Source: Marsupella aquatica
Taxonomy: Eukaryota; Plantae; Marchantiophyta
DNA: 64,000 bases
Direction: 5' to 3'
NCBI GenBank assembly: GCA_973895155.1
Contig: OZ316892.1
Location: forward strand, 30,543,328-30,607,327
The notes below the pieces were generated by a model. That model was given only the letters and a program-made list of their open reading frames with translations. It was not told the DNA's origin and did no database searches. The position numbers were made by a program, and so were the translations under genes. Shown here piece after piece: positions 61,488-64,000 of the stretch (position 1 is its first letter; the number at the start of each line of letters is the position of its first letter).

Positions 61488-64000
61488 CCCTGCCTCCATC
61501 TCAGCATCCATAAAATCCATTAAAGGTTGAAATGATATCACAAATAAAAGAGGTGAAAGAGGGCAGCCCTGCCTAACTCCCCTCGACGGTCCAATCTCAG
61601 AGGAAAGCAGCCCATTCAAGTAAATCCTTGAGGATGCCTATTGTAATAGTGCCTTGACTAGTTTTATGAACGTTCCGCTTATCCCCAACAGGTGCATAGT
61701 TTCCCATATATAGCTCTGATCCACCCTGTTAAATGCTTTCTCAAAATCTAGCTTAAGGAGAAGTGATTCAACCTTCCTATTTTTCACCCAGTCAAACATT
61801 AGCCAAGCCAGCAAAATGTTCTCCAGTATATTTCTCCCCAGAATGAAACCTGTTTGTTGAGGGCTAATAACCTTCGGTAGGATTCAAATTAGCCTTAATG
61901 CCAATAACTTTGCAATCAGCTTATAGCTTGTGTTCAGCATAGTAAGAGGCCGCCAATCCCTGAGATACTGCTTATCAAGTTTCTTTGGAATGAACTTAAT
62001 CATCCCCTCTTTAATCCCTGCTGCTAAGTTCCCCGTAAGCCAAAATTCTTGCACCATTGCTACCCGGTCATCCTGCATGAACACCCAACAGGCCTAATAA
62101 ACCTCCATTGTCATCCCGTCTGGTCCTGGGGCCTTATCTCTGGGAAGCATCCACAAGACTTCTTTGATTTCTTCTTTTGTTGGCAGCCCTGCCAGCATTT
62201 GTATTTCCGTAATTGTCAACACACACTTTGTGTGCACCAGCAATCTGCTTCGCTCATTCAGAGTTTCCATCAGTTCACGCCTAGATGGCTCCTTAGGCGC
62301 ATATAATTCCTTACATGTCTTCTCTACTTCTCTCAATATCATCATTGGATTTGTGATCACCCTGCCATCTTCCATCGTGAGGCTCCTCATTGCCTCCCAT
62401 TCTCTTTTTGCCTTTACAGTTGCAAAATAAAACCTCGAAGGTTCCTCCCCTTCACCCAACCATTTAATTCGTGCTAACCTTCGTCCTCTGTGGGCCTCCT
62501 CTAATTTTTCCACATGTACTTGATGCTCCATATCCATGTAATCTTGCAACTCCTCTTTTGTGTATTCCTCCAGGATCTCCATTTTCAACACACAAAGCTT
62601 ATTTCTCAACAGAAGCATTTCTTCATCTTTCTCTTTAGGTGTCGCTTGCTTCTCAATGTATTTACTCCTCATATTCCTGCAGGCCTTGTCAAAGGCTAGA
62701 ATAGGTTCAATACAGTCACCCTTTCCCTCCACCCATGTCGTTCCTAGTATTTCGATCATGCCTTCCATCCTGACCAGGGCAGGATTAGCCTTAAATAGAG
62801 ATCTTCTCAGTCCCAATTTTCCTTCCTGCCTTCCTTCCATGAGACTAATGCAAATCACAACCGGGTCATGATCAGACAGAGTTTGATCCCCGTCATGCAC
62901 CAAATCAACCAGTTTATAAATCCAGTCACCATTTGCACTAAGATAAAACCTTTCCAGTCTCGATTGAACTAGAGACCCCATCCTATTCCTTCTCCATGTG
63001 TAGCGCGTCCCCCGTACCTCCCCCTTAATTAGCAATGCATCCACCAAATTGAATCTAACTTTCAAAAATCTCCAAACTCTGCTTCTTGTCCCTTAATCAC
63101 AGGAGAATCACCTGTGGAGTCCTCCCTAATTTTGGTCATGTTAAAGTCCCCGCATACAATCCAGTTCTCCTGAGGAAGATGCATTTTCAGCTCATGCCAC
63201 AAAATGGCTCTAAGTTGAGTAGTATTCGGTGCGTAAACACTCAGGATTCCAAATTTACAGTCCTAATACTCCACAATCGCCCATATTGCTCGCCCCCTAT
63301 CCATCACTCCAGACGCTACCATCCTGAAATTCAGATGTATTAGTGATGTCATGCCTCCCCGACTTTCCTCTGGTGTCTATGAAACACATTGGTAAGCTGA
63401 CAAAATTACTCTCATGGCCATATCAAGTCTGAACTGATCCGCCTTGATTTCTTGCAGGGCCAATGCATCTATTCATTCCCTCCTTGCTGCAATCCTGTTT
63501 TTCACCACATTCTTCCAGTTTGGTTCGCAGAGCCCACAGACATTCCAAGACACTACCCTCAAAATTTCTCCCATCTACTCCGCCCCCGGCTCCAGCTCCC
63601 TTGAGCTATATCCGCATTTGCCCACCCAAAGAGGTAGCCGAACTCACACTCCCCCCCTTACGGCGCCTCGGTGTGACAATGGTTATGATCTCTCCAGTCG
63701 CCTCCATCTGTGAATCTACAATCAGCAGCGAAGAGTCCCACAGCTCAGTCGAGCCATCCTCACTCCGCGCAGCAGCACTGTTAACAGTCCCTCCAATCTC
63801 CTCTTCCAACCTTACTTCTCCCCCTACATCAGCCGTTACACTATGTGAGAACTGTAGAGACCATTGTTTTTTAGAGTCATGCACTGCCCGATCCCTTTCA
63901 GTGGCCGGCGGAGTTCTCTTCTCTAACTTTCTCGCTCGTTCTTTTCCCTTAGTAGATACATACGCCTCATACTCTGACATTTCCATGTCAGTGTCACCAT

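Larger units (their letters stand above)
57512..64000 (-). mobile_element. Degenerate L1-type LINE (end of ORF1; ORF2 endonuclease, RT, zf-RVT), continuing beyond the window
   Basis: VSWNVCGL near 63550, LSDHDPV, KAPGPDGMT, WRPLTMLNTSYKLIAK, GVRQGCPLSPLLF, FADD, KYLG, CKLCPRTLETISHLFMTC. Interrupts the chromovirus just upstream of RNase H. Confidence 0.93.

Overview
Repeat-rich nuclear DNA of a land plant, probably a moss or other bryophyte. This is inferred from the style of the PLS-DYW PPR repeats, the Crinkler-like kinase and the retroelement types. The window holds three near-identical PLS-class PPR-E1-E2-DYW (organellar C-to-U RNA editing factor) genes in alternating orientation: A (+, 5459-8019), B (-, 25347-30029) and C (+, 46233-49703). 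They differ by whole 303-bp P-L-S modules (4, 11 and 7 triplets) and, in C, at the RNA-recognition residues nearest the edited base. A and B are the arms of a large inverted duplication. The spacer between A and B holds a 5'-truncated LINE, a truncated PD-(D/E)xK nuclease + kinase (Crinkler-like) ORF, a damaged UVSSA gene and an old Copia element. The spacer between B and C holds a young but coding-dead Copia and a Gypsy gag/protease relic. The right end is a nest of retroelements: Bianca-type Copia, chromovirus, LINE and solo LTR. No RNA genes or CRISPR arrays were seen. All identity and divergence figures are by-eye estimates, not computed alignments.
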